NCBI GenBank assembly: GCA_007121385.1
Contig: SKLV01000017.1
Span: 6,583 to 70,582, forward strand
Source of the DNA: Bdellovibrionales bacterium
GTDB lineage: Bacteria > Bdellovibrionota > Bdellovibrionia > Bdellovibrionales > UBA1609
Reading direction: 5' to 3'
DNA: 64,000 bases
Position 1 is the stretch's first letter, and every line of letters starts with the position of its first letter. Shown here piece by piece: positions 11,568 to 20,382 of the stretch. Below the pieces are notes generated by a model, which saw nothing but the letters and a program-made list of their open reading frames with translations, did no database searches and had not been told where the DNA came from. Position numbers and translations under genes: made by a program.

Positions 11568-13505
11568 ATGGAACTGAGAAGGCGCCCTAAAAAATCGCTC
11601 CGAGCTATTCTGATCATGTGGTTTGTTCTGTTTTCAGTAGCTCCATTGGCCTTTATCACAGGATATTCTCTGGTTAAATATGAACAGGCTATCGATCAGG
11701 AGCTCAGCAAGAGGCTTTTGGGCAATGGTCGAGAAGTAGCTATTATCCTCCGAGATTTTGAAGAGAGTTTAAGAGCCAACTCATTACGCCATTCACAAGA
11801 TAAGGCTTTTATCTTTCACTTGACGAGCAACAATATACCCCAAGTGAGAGAAATTGTTCGACGCTGGATTTCTACTGAGCTCCTTGCTCAACGTATTTGG
11901 GTTTACAATCGAGAAGGACGCCTGGATGCGGCTTTGTATAGGAACTCGGAAGGTCAAGTCGAGCGCAAACCGGAGCTGGAGAGGGGAGATGTTTTTCTCT
12001 CCGAGTCCTTTCTGGACTCTTTTGGAGATCGCACTCAAGTTGGCCTAGTGGATCTGCAGTCAGACCCCGACCATCCTAACTCCGGCTGGGTTGAGTTGGT
12101 GGTGTTCACACGGGTTCTCTCAGCTACAGGTCGCCTTGTAGGGTATTTAGAAGAAGTTATCTCTCTGGATGAAGCCTTTATTTCTAATCTAAAAAATAGA
12201 ACTAGTTTAGAGTTGGTGTTTTTGCATCCGGAGTCCGAGACTCTGGTGTCCACCCATAAAGATTTAAGTCTTCAAGGTCCAGATTACTTTCTTTCCTTTT
12301 TTGAAAACAATAAGAGCTTTTTTGACCACACACTGAGAGAAGAACCATACCATTTTATGCTTCAAGGTCTCAAATGGGGTGACTCTGAGTTTGTTGTGGG
12401 ATTGGGGGCCTCAAAGAGTTCGGCCCGTGCTATTTTGCGCAATATTAACTACGCATTTTTTACTGTCGTTGGCGCAATTATTGTCCTTCTCATCGTGATG
12501 AGTTTGATTATTTCTAGAATTTTATTAAGACCTCTTTATGAAATTTTAGATGGTATAAATAGGACCGACTTGTCAAAAGGTCCGGTGGACTTGCCAGTCA
12601 CCACGGACACTGAGGTGGGCCTCTTGGCTGAAAGTTTTAGTGAGATGTCCAAGCGAACTTTTGAGAGTCAGAAGGCGCTAAAAGATAAAATTAAAGAGCT
12701 TGAAGAAGCCAATATTGAAATCCGAGACACTCAAGCTAAGTTGGTTCACACAGCAAAAATGGCTAGTGTAGGTCAGTTGGTGGCAGGGGTAGCCCATGAG
12801 TTAAATAATCCCATTGGTTTTATATACAGCAATATGACCCATCTCCGTGACTACTCTCAGAAAGTGATGAATCTAGTTGATCAATTGGAGAAAGATCCAA
12901 AATCTATGGCAGAGCTTAAAAAGAAAATAGACTACGACTATATTAAAAAGGATATGCCCAAGCTGATTCAGTCCTGTGAAGATGGGGCTCGGAGAACAAG
13001 AGATATTGTTTTAGGTTTAAGAAATTTCTCTCGATTGGAGGAGGCGCAACTCAAGGAAGTAGATATTCACGAGGGCTTGGACAACACTCTGCGCCTCTTG
13101 ACAGGGGAGATCAAGAATCGCATCCAAATTGAAAAAAATTACGGATCTTTGCCCCTAGTGCTCTGCTACCCCAGTCAACTCAATCAGGTCTTTATGAATA
13201 TCTTGTCCAATGCCGCTCAGGCTATTGAGGGCTCGGGCACAATATGGATAGATACGGAAGCTCCAGATGGGGAGAGCATCAAGATCACAATTCGAGACTC
13301 GGGTCGGGGTATGAGTAAAGCCACAGTGGAGAAGATTTTTGACCCCTTTTTTACGACCAAATCCATGGGGCGTGGCACCGGGCTGGGCTTGAGTATTTCC
13401 TATGGGATTATTCAAAAGCATGGGGGAGATATTCATGTGGAGTCGGAGCCAGGAAAAGGAACGGAGTTTGTGATCATATTACCCATCAAAGCTGTCTCAA
13501 AGTGA
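11568..13505 (+). CDS. Sensor histidine kinase (2 TM, HAMP, HisKA, HATPase_c); no response regulator adjacent
   Basis: H-box GVAHELNNP, N-box MNILSNAAQA, DSGRGM, GTGLGLSISYGI. Confidence 0.9.
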   Translation: MELRRRPKKSLRAILIMWFVLFSVAPLAFITGYSLVKYEQAIDQELSKRLLGNGREVAIILRDFEESLRANSLRHSQDKAFIFHLTSNNIPQVREIVRRWISTELLAQRIWVYNREGRLDAALYRNSEGQVERKPELERGDVFLSESFLDSFGDRTQVGLVDLQSDPDHPNSGWVELVVFTRVLSATGRLVGYLEEVISLDEAFISNLKNRTSLELVFLHPESETLVSTHKDLSLQGPDYFLSFFENNKSFFDHTLREEPYHFMLQGLKWGDSEFVVGLGASKSSARAILRNINYAFFTVVGAIIVLLIVMSLIISRILLRPLYEILDGINRTDLSKGPVDLPVTTDTEVGLLAESFSEMSKRTFESQKALKDKIKELEEANIEIRDTQAKLVHTAKMASVGQLVAGVAHELNNPIGFIYSNMTHLRDYSQKVMNLVDQLEKDPKSMAELKKKIDYDYIKKDMPKLIQSCEDGARRTRDIVLGLRNFSRLEEAQLKEVDIHEGLDNTLRLLTGEIKNRIQIEKNYGSLPLVLCYPSQLNQVFMNILSNAAQAIEGSGTIWIDTEAPDGESIKITIRDSGRGMSKATVEKIFDPFFTTKSMGRGTGLGLSISYGIIQKHGGDIHVESEPGKGTEFVIILPIKAVSK

Positions 13506-13517
13506 GACAGGGGACTA

Positions 13518-13570
13518 GTGGTTCATCCGATAAATATCCACCTCCTGAAAGTATTTATCGGATGAACCAC
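13518..13570 (+). terminator. Perfect 19-bp stem with 15-nt loop; possible terminator or regulatory element (no U-tract)
   Basis: GTGGTTCATCCGATAAATA (13518-13536) and TATTTATCGGATGAACCAC (13552-13570) are exact reverse complements. Loop is tccaCCTCCtgaaag. Starts 13 nt after the kinase stop codon. Confidence 0.5.
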
Positions 13571-13616
13571 CAGAACCAGCCTTTCATTGATTTAGGTTTG
13601 GCGGCATACTAAAGGA

Positions 13617-14267
13617 ATGAAAAAGCTCAAAGATCTACAGATCAGTGATCCTTGGATCTGGAGCCTGATGGCTTTAGGGCTGGTGCTTCTTCTTTTTTCT
13701 ATGCCGAGAAAGGGATCTGATTCCCGGACGGATCTGGATATGGAGAGGCGATTGGAAATTGAGGCCAAAGTCCGAGAGAGAATCAACCAAGGAGTTTCTG
13801 CACACCTTCAAGGGATTGAGCGAAAAAAGGCCTCCCGGGAGTGGCAGGTCGAGCAAGCCAATCGGGACTTGGCCCCATCCCTAGGACAATTTCTAGGGGC
13901 TTCTCAGGAGAGTCCGGGAACCCTTCCGCCGCATTTGGCCAACTTGCCCCCGGATCGTAGTTCCGAGAAAGTCTATAGAGATATTTCTACCGATCGCTCT
14001 TATGCCGATTCCCATTTGGCCGATCGGCGCATTGACAGTCAGTTGGCCCATCGCCAATGGATGGAGGAGTATGAGGCTCTCTATGAGGCAGAGTATATTA
14101 AGGCCTTTTTGGCTAACGCCCGGGCTCAGGGCTATGAGATCCGGCTCAATGATGATTTAGAAGTTGTGGATATTCGCCGTATCCGGCGGCCCGAGCCCAT
14201 GCGATTTCCTCAGTCAGAGGAGAGGTCAGGTTCTGCGAGGGAGTCCTTTGGTGGGGCCATTAAATAG
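13617..14267 (+). CDS. Hypothetical membrane-anchored protein
   Basis: 216-aa ORF with an N-terminal TM (IWSLMALGLVLLLF), then charged helical sequence. No family recognised. Confidence 0.45.
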   Translation: MKKLKDLQISDPWIWSLMALGLVLLLFSMPRKGSDSRTDLDMERRLEIEAKVRERINQGVSAHLQGIERKKASREWQVEQANRDLAPSLGQFLGASQESPGTLPPHLANLPPDRSSEKVYRDISTDRSYADSHLADRRIDSQLAHRQWMEEYEALYEAEYIKAFLANARAQGYEIRLNDDLEVVDIRRIRRPEPMRFPQSEERSGSARESFGGAIK

Positions 14268-14285
14268 AGAGTCCGGTTTCAGGCT

Positions 14286-14660
14286 CTAAATCCAGCCTTC
14301 ATCAGCAAAACTCACATAGTTATTTTTAGTTAGAATGAGGTGGTCAATAAGGGGTATCTGGAGGATTTCACTGGCTTCGACCAGTTGGCGGGTGACTTTC
14401 AGATCCCATTCGGAAGGCTGAGAGTTTTGACTAGGGTGGTTGTGGGCCACAATTAAAGAGGAGGCATTGGCCAAGAGAGCAAAGCGGAAAATTTCTCGGG
14501 GGTGAACAAGGCAGGCGTCCACCGTTCCCTTGAAGAGCAGCTCCGTGCGGAGCGGGACTTTAGCAGGATTAAGGGCGAGAGCCCAAAACTCTTCCACAGT
14601 TTGATGGGCAATGGGGCGAAGAATAGAGAAGGCGAGAGAACTGTTTGTGATGGCTTTCAT
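14286..14660 (-). CDS. RadC-like JAB/MPN domain protein (short form)
   Basis: JAMM motif LIVAHNHPSQNSQPSEWD. Only 124 aa, so the HhH N-terminal half of full-length RadC is absent. Confidence 0.75.
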   Translation of the reverse strand: MKAITNSSLAFSILRPIAHQTVEEFWALALNPAKVPLRTELLFKGTVDACLVHPREIFRFALLANASSLIVAHNHPSQNSQPSEWDLKVTRQLVEASEILQIPLIDHLILTKNNYVSFADEGWI

Positions 14661-14823
14661 ATCCAGGCTCTCTCTGCAAAGAAGAGGCCTGAGGTTCTGA
14701 TGGCTATAGGCGGCTTTAGACTTCTGACCGGTTCGACTTTCGGACCTTTTAAGGGGCCTCTAACTTGCCAATGAATCTGAATAGGAGCAGACTAAAAGAG
14801 TAAAAAATCACAGGAGGAAGAAT

Positions 14824-15435
14824 ATGGTCTTTCGTTCGCTGGCATTGGGCGCCTTTTTAATCGGTTGGGCGGCTCTATTGGGAACAGGCTGTGGTCCCAG
14901 AGCTTTTGTGAAGGGGGCTTATGACTCTGATGTGGAGAGAGCCAATTTACTCACGGATCAATGGTCCGAGACAGATATGCAAAAGGCTGTGGCCGAACTG
15001 GTGTCTAGTCTCTCCGCCCACCAGGCCATTGCTGGGGCCTCAACTCCCCCTGTTTTGATGGTCACTCGGCTGGAGAATAAGACCAGCGAGCATATTGATA
15101 CTCAGAGTATCACCGACATGGTCACCGTTGAGTTGATGCGGGGTGGGCGAGTCACTTTTGTGGACCGAGCCGCCCGTGAGGATATTGCCGAAGAGTACGA
15201 ATACCACTCTTCAGGAATGGTAGAAGCTCCAACTCGTGCAGGGCCGGGTCGTCAGGTAGGAGCTGATTTCATTGTAAATGGTCGAGTGGACTCGATTGTC
15301 CAGCAGGCTGGAAGAGAAAAGACAGTTTATTACAAAGTGACTTTGAATCTGACCAATCTGAGCACCGGCCTGATAGTGTGGTCTGATCACAAACAGATCC
15401 GCAAGCTATTTAGAAAGCGTCGAGTGGGTCTGTAG
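14824..15435 (+). CDS. LpoB-like lipoprotein (COG3417 type)
   Basis: AGGAGG SD and an SPII signal (LLGTGCG). The body resembles LpoB-family lipoproteins (PVLMVTRLENKTSEHID; GADFIVNGRVDSI; YYKVTLNLTNLSTG). Confidence 0.6.
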   Translation: MVFRSLALGAFLIGWAALLGTGCGPRAFVKGAYDSDVERANLLTDQWSETDMQKAVAELVSSLSAHQAIAGASTPPVLMVTRLENKTSEHIDTQSITDMVTVELMRGGRVTFVDRAAREDIAEEYEYHSSGMVEAPTRAGPGRQVGADFIVNGRVDSIVQQAGREKTVYYKVTLNLTNLSTGLIVWSDHKQIRKLFRKRRVGL

Positions 15436-15437
15436 TC

Positions 15438-16700
15438 TTGATAGGTCGCCTCCTTGTTGGTCTTGTCTTCACTGTTTTTACTTTCAGTGGCTGTGCCACC
15501 TATGAGACTCGAGTCAAGCAGGGGCGGGATCTTTTACGTCAGGGCCAATTTAGCGAGGCGGCTGAAGCCTTAAGGCCCCTGGCTGAAAAAGAGGGGGGCG
15601 ACCAGCTTGTTTACCTTCTGGACTACGCCTTAGCTCAGCAGCTGGCGGGGGATCTTGAGGGCAGTAATAGGTCCCTATTGCAGGCTGAGCGCCTCGCCCA
15701 GATCCAGGACTACTACTCTCTTTCCCGTATTTCAGGATCTTTGTTGCTATCTGAAGAAATGGTTCAGTACAAAGGCGAGGACTATGAAAAAATATTAATT
15801 CACATTTTTTTAGCTACCAATTTTCTGCTACTCAACGACCTTGAGGCGGCTCAGGTGGAGACTCGGAAAATCAATCAGAAACTTCATCTCTATCGAACAG
15901 AGGCCAAGCGCAATTACCGAGATTATCCCTTTGCCTACTACATTTCGGGACTGATTTGGGAGAAAGCGGGAAATTTTGATAGCGCTTATATTGATTACCG
16001 AAGGGCCTATGAGTTGGCACCTCACTTTCTTTTTTTAAGAGAAGACATTTACCGGGTGGCCTATTTGGGGAGAAAAAGAGAAGAGCTGACGGCCTGGAGA
16101 AAAAGATACCCTGGCTTGGAAGCAAGGCCTCAATGGAGAGACCCCCATTATGGTGAGGTTGTGTTTTTGTATCAACAGGGATGGGGGCCACGGAAAAGAC
16201 CTCACCCCGAAGAGTATCGATTGCCTCAGCTTCGCCCCATCCAAAGTCAAACCCAGAGGGCGAGCATCAAATTCACCCCCCTGCAAGATCTACTGGGCTC
16301 AGCGGGTTCCGCTGGTGCAGTTCAAACCGAGAGAATTTTGGATGTCAATCAGGTGGCCACTGAGGCCCTCGAGGAGGTCTACGGCCTTCTCTTGGCCAAG
16401 CGCTTGGCCGGCATAGGAGTTAAGGCCGTAGTGGCTGATCAGGTGAGACAAAAGAATGAAGCCTTGGGAATGCTAGCTTGGATTGGGATGAATCTTATGG
16501 ACCGGGCAGACCTTAGGCATTGGTCCACTCTGCCAGAGAGTCTACAAATCGCCCGGGTCTTTTTGCCTGTGGGAGAGTATCGAGTGGATATCCAGGGTTT
16601 CAATGCATTGGGCCTGCCCATTGGCGAGGCCAAGTCTGAGCAGATCATTCGGGTCGAGCCCCGGCAGAAGCAGTTTGTTCACTGGCGTTCTCTAAAGTGA
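15438..16700 (+). CDS. Lipoprotein with TPR-like N-terminal half (COG3014-like, from memory)
   Basis: The TTG start is 3 nt after the upstream stop. SPII signal (VFTFSGCATY). From memory, this type is often paired with LpoB-like genes. Confidence 0.45.
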   Translation: MIGRLLVGLVFTVFTFSGCATYETRVKQGRDLLRQGQFSEAAEALRPLAEKEGGDQLVYLLDYALAQQLAGDLEGSNRSLLQAERLAQIQDYYSLSRISGSLLLSEEMVQYKGEDYEKILIHIFLATNFLLLNDLEAAQVETRKINQKLHLYRTEAKRNYRDYPFAYYISGLIWEKAGNFDSAYIDYRRAYELAPHFLFLREDIYRVAYLGRKREELTAWRKRYPGLEARPQWRDPHYGEVVFLYQQGWGPRKRPHPEEYRLPQLRPIQSQTQRASIKFTPLQDLLGSAGSAGAVQTERILDVNQVATEALEEVYGLLLAKRLAGIGVKAVVADQVRQKNEALGMLAWIGMNLMDRADLRHWSTLPESLQIARVFLPVGEYRVDIQGFNALGLPIGEAKSEQIIRVEPRQKQFVHWRSLK

Positions 16701-16779
16701 GTTTTGGACTTGAAGAGGGGCATCAAGGGAATTCACCTCATAAAGATGAATCCCTTTGAGCAAAAAAAGAGTCAATGAC

Positions 16780-17319
16780 TTAATTATTTAAACTTTTGTT
16801 GGAGCTGGGAAGCTCAGGAGTTTGCTCTGAGCTGTAGTTACTGCCACTGCGCGAACTGTCGTTGTTGGAGGTAGCTGTAGCGGCACTGGCTGCTGTGGCC
16901 ACTCTTTCTTCGAGAGACTGCTTGAGGTCGTCATAAGAGGGACGAGCTCCTTCGCCTTTTTGAGCAGCAGCTTCTTGAGCAGCGGCTTGTTTTTCAGCGT
17001 AGTCTTTGGGGAAGGCCCCAAGTTTGGCCAAATAGTTTGAGATGCTGCCGTTCCCACTCTGAATGATTTCGCGTAGAGTAAAAAGAGGAGCATACTGGGA
17101 GGCCTTTTTTTCCGCTTCAAAAATAATCTGCGTCAAAGTGGCTGCAGTGATGTCATTCTTGGTCTTGTTGTCGATGACCATGACCTCTTCGCTGGAGCGA
17201 ATCATTTTGGCAATGTCATCTAAAGTCACATAGCAGCTTTGCTGAGTGTCATAGAGCTTGCGGTTTTGATAGCGCTTAATAATCTTAGTTCTTGGATTGT
17301 TTGTCTTGCTAGACATCAT
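16780..17319 (-). CDS. phaR: PhaR-like polyhydroxyalkanoate synthesis regulator
   Basis: PHB_acc_N-type DNA-binding block IKRYQNRKLYDTQQSCYVTLDDIAKMI..IDNKTKNDITAATLTQII. ATG 17319 has a GAGG SD and is preferred to GTG 17334. Confidence 0.7.
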   Translation of the reverse strand: MMSSKTNNPRTKIIKRYQNRKLYDTQQSCYVTLDDIAKMIRSSEEVMVIDNKTKNDITAATLTQIIFEAEKKASQYAPLFTLREIIQSGNGSISNYLAKLGAFPKDYAEKQAAAQEAAAQKGEGARPSYDDLKQSLEERVATAASAATATSNNDSSRSGSNYSSEQTPELPSSNKSLNN

Positions 17320-17664
17320 TACCTCTTGGTTCACCAGAATGCCTCCCTCTGGAAGTTTCTCCCCGATATATGGTCTGTGTTAATCGCGGCATGTCACCCG
17401 TCTGTTCGGGGGCAACATAGCCCTGGCTGTCACGGGCTGTCAAGATCACTACAGGGGTATATGCTAGAATTTTCAAAGATTTTAACGTTTCGCGCCAAAA
17501 CCCTCTACACCACTGACATCGTCCGTCAAAAACTTGGTTAACGCAATTTGACATAAGTCCCTTTTGGGGGCCAAGGTCGGGCTAGGGAGCTGGCCTAAAG
17601 TTTAGTATTTATTCAATATTGTTAAATACTTAAGTGTATATATCCGGGAGCCGAGAAGTGCTTT

Positions 17665-19683
17665 ATGAAGGCAACTCTTCGGCGAGATCTAAGACTCATG
17701 GCCCTCGGCCTGTTTTTAGCCCATATGGGCTGTGCGACCTCCAGCCCTGACTATTCAGCTATTTTACGGGACTCAGCTCTGTCCAACCTCAACCCGGCAC
17801 CGGCCAGTATGAGCCCCCCCGAGATCAGGAAAGGGGATGGAGCCACCATCGACCCACTCTTTATGAGGTCACAGGCCGACTATCATTACACTTTGGGTGA
17901 GGCCTTAAGTTTGGAGGGAAAGGGGCGCTTGGCGGCAGAGTCTTTCCGACTGGCCCTGATCTATGATCAGAAGAGTCCGGTGATTCGACTTCGTCTGGCT
18001 TCTGAACTCTTGCGCCAGGGTCTCCTCACTGAAGCTATTGAGCAGGCTGAGTTGGCCGCAGAAATGGACCCCGATTATTTGGAGGCGCGGCTTCTCTTGG
18101 GAGGGCTCTATGCCTCCATGCGCACCTTTGACCTGGCCCTGGCTCAGTACGATGAAATTATTGAGCGGCGCCCTCAGCACTGGGAGGCCCATATCTTTAA
18201 AGGTCTGATCCTAGCCGAACAGGGTCAGCACTCCCAGGCCCTCCAGCACTTTGAGTCCCTGGCCAGGAATAGGGACTATCCAGAGCCTTTTTTAGCCCAC
18301 CACTATATTGGGAGAGTTCATCTGGAAAAGAATCGTCAGCTCGCTCGGGAAAATCGCCCTTCCACGGGAGAGACTCAGAGAAGACCTGCCGCCGCAACTC
18401 CCCGGTCCGAGGAGGCCACCGGGCCCCTGCCCTTAAGTCAGACGCGAGAGGCGGAGAGGAGTTTGCGCAAGGCTCTCCAATTAAAGCCAGATCACCTGGA
18501 TTCCGTTTTGGCTCTCTCTGAGATTTACCAGCGCAGTGACCGGGTGGATGAGAGTCTTCAGCTTTTGGAATCCTACCAAAAGCGCTTTGGGCCCGAGCGA
18601 GTTGTGGCCTCATTGCTCTCTCAAAGCTATTTGGAAAGAGAAGACTACGAGCGAGCCTTGGTTCAGCTTCAGCACTTGGAGAGACTTGATCAGAACAATT
18701 TGAATGTGCGTATGCAGATTGGACTCTTGCTCCTAGAGCGAAAAGACTATCATGGGGCGGTGGAGCGCTTTGAGCTGATCCTGCAGGAAATTCCCGAATC
18801 CGATCGCATCCGATTTTACCTAGCGGCTGTTTATGAGCAATTGGAAAAATGGGATCTCGCCCGCACTCACTACAGTAAAATCTCTTCTTCTAGTGAATAC
18901 TTTTCTGAAGCGGTGATTCATCAAGCCTATATTTTGCGCAACTCAGGTCGCCTCTCTATGGCGGTCTCTGTGGTGGATCAAGCCTTGCAGCGGCGCTCTG
19001 ATCTGCCGGAGCTCTATGCTTTTTTTGCTTCACTCCTTGAGGAGCAAAAAAATTATTCGAGGGCACTCAAGGCCTTAGAGGCTGCGGTGGTGCGCTTTCC
19101 AGAGCAGGCTCAACTCTACTTTTTTCTGGGGTCTATTCAAGAACGTTTGGGAAAAAAACAAGACAGCATGGCCTCTATGCGGCAAGTCCTTGAGTTGGAG
19201 CCTGACCATGCTCAGGCCCTCAATTACTTGGCTTACACTATGGCGGAACTGAGTAAGAATCTGGAAGAGGCTGAGGTCCTGGCCCGTCGCGCTTTAGCTC
19301 TCCAACCCAAAGATGGCTATATCTTGGACACTGTGGGCTGGGTGCTCTTCAAGCAGGGACGGGTGGCCGAGGCCATACCCTATTTGGAGAAGGCCTTCAG
19401 GAAACAAGGTGATGAGAGCGTGATCGCCGAACACCTAGGTGACGCTTATTACCGTCAACAACTTGTAGAAAAAGCTCAGCAGATGTATCGTCGGGCTCTG
19501 GAGATAGAGCAAGATGCGAAGAATAAAACGAGAATTCAGTCCAAGTTGGCTAACATTGATAAACAGCAATCTGAAGCCGCCAGTGCGGCGCAGTTCGTGG
19601 CGCCTCAGCCGCGGGCCCCAGCTTCTCTTCCTGAGTCTAGTGTTGATGCTCACTCTGAGCGCCTGCCAGACCAGGCCCCTTAA
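17665..19683 (+). CDS. TPR-repeat lipoprotein
   Basis: SPII signal (LFLAHMGCATS). Many TPR units run through the 672 aa (e.g. AEHLGDAYYRQQLVEKAQQMYRRALEIE). Confidence 0.8.
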   Translation: MKATLRRDLRLMALGLFLAHMGCATSSPDYSAILRDSALSNLNPAPASMSPPEIRKGDGATIDPLFMRSQADYHYTLGEALSLEGKGRLAAESFRLALIYDQKSPVIRLRLASELLRQGLLTEAIEQAELAAEMDPDYLEARLLLGGLYASMRTFDLALAQYDEIIERRPQHWEAHIFKGLILAEQGQHSQALQHFESLARNRDYPEPFLAHHYIGRVHLEKNRQLARENRPSTGETQRRPAAATPRSEEATGPLPLSQTREAERSLRKALQLKPDHLDSVLALSEIYQRSDRVDESLQLLESYQKRFGPERVVASLLSQSYLEREDYERALVQLQHLERLDQNNLNVRMQIGLLLLERKDYHGAVERFELILQEIPESDRIRFYLAAVYEQLEKWDLARTHYSKISSSSEYFSEAVIHQAYILRNSGRLSMAVSVVDQALQRRSDLPELYAFFASLLEEQKNYSRALKALEAAVVRFPEQAQLYFFLGSIQERLGKKQDSMASMRQVLELEPDHAQALNYLAYTMAELSKNLEEAEVLARRALALQPKDGYILDTVGWVLFKQGRVAEAIPYLEKAFRKQGDESVIAEHLGDAYYRQQLVEKAQQMYRRALEIEQDAKNKTRIQSKLANIDKQQSEAASAAQFVAPQPRAPASLPESSVDAHSERLPDQAP

Positions 19684-20236
19684 ATATGATCACATTCAAG
19701 AGGGGCACTGGGAGGCCCGAGTCTTGGTTCGAGATCAACAGGAACAGAGGTCCTTTATAGTCAACCTCACTATCAATGCTGTGAGAAACGAAAAGATGCG
19801 TCTGGATGCGGTGTCCACTCTGGGGGCCCATCTGGCCTCATTGGTTTTGACTGAAGAGGAAGTGAGGTATTTGGTCTCCAGTGAAAGGCGTTTCTATTTT
19901 GGAGCCCCTCGACCCGAGTCCATGATTCCGGTTTTGTCCGTGTCGATGAGCCCCAATTATTTACACAACATCCTCTTTGAGCAGCCCATCAGCGAAGGAG
20001 ACTGGGTTTGTGAGAGAGACAAAGGGGGTTGGCTAAGCTCCTGTCAAAGCTCTGAGGAAGGCTTAGCCATTCATTGGCAAGAGAGAACAGCGGCCAGTCG
20101 ACGCTTTACCATTGAGCATGAAAGAGCTCAAGTTCAGGTGAATTTGACCTCTTTTCAGGCCCAATTGGAGTCCCGACCCGAGCTTTTTGAGCTCTCAGCT
20201 CCTGAAGGCTTTCGCCAATTTCGACTCCGAGAATAA
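19583..20236 (+). CDS. Outer-membrane lipoprotein, LolB-like/DUF4292-like (start uncertain)
   Basis: Lipobox LTLSAC is preceded by a basic n-region only if GTG 19583 is the start (100-nt overlap with the TPR gene). The beta-rich body is LolB-like by eye. Confidence 0.35.
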   Translation: MRRSSWRLSRGPQLLFLSLVLMLTLSACQTRPLKYDHIQEGHWEARVLVRDQQEQRSFIVNLTINAVRNEKMRLDAVSTLGAHLASLVLTEEEVRYLVSSERRFYFGAPRPESMIPVLSVSMSPNYLHNILFEQPISEGDWVCERDKGGWLSSCQSSEEGLAIHWQERTAASRRFTIEHERAQVQVNLTSFQAQLESRPELFELSAPEGFRQFRLRE

Positions 20237-20382
20237 GGAAAATTTAGGTCTAAGATGTTTCAAATTGATAATGGTCTTAGGCTAAAGTCCAGTTCCTTTT
20301 AGAAAGTGCAAATTTCTATAAGGCATTTGCTGATTTCAGGTCTCTTGGGGCATAATAGAAATTAGCAAAAAGGGGGGCGTCA

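Noticed and set aside
16725-16756. Bulged 10-bp hairpin (AAGGGAATTCA/TGAATCCCTT) between two convergent genes, flanked by an A7 run. It could be a bidirectional terminator.
   Set aside because: The A/T run is on the wrong side of the stem for both transcription directions. It is not a canonical intrinsic terminator.
19514-19683. Long overlap between the TPR gene 3' end and the LolB-like ORF. It could indicate a frameshift or a fusion.
   Set aside because: The two frames differ and each has its own sensible signal peptide or terminus. The overlap depends only on the uncertain start choice (GTG 19583 versus ATG 19646). There is no evidence of a disrupted gene.
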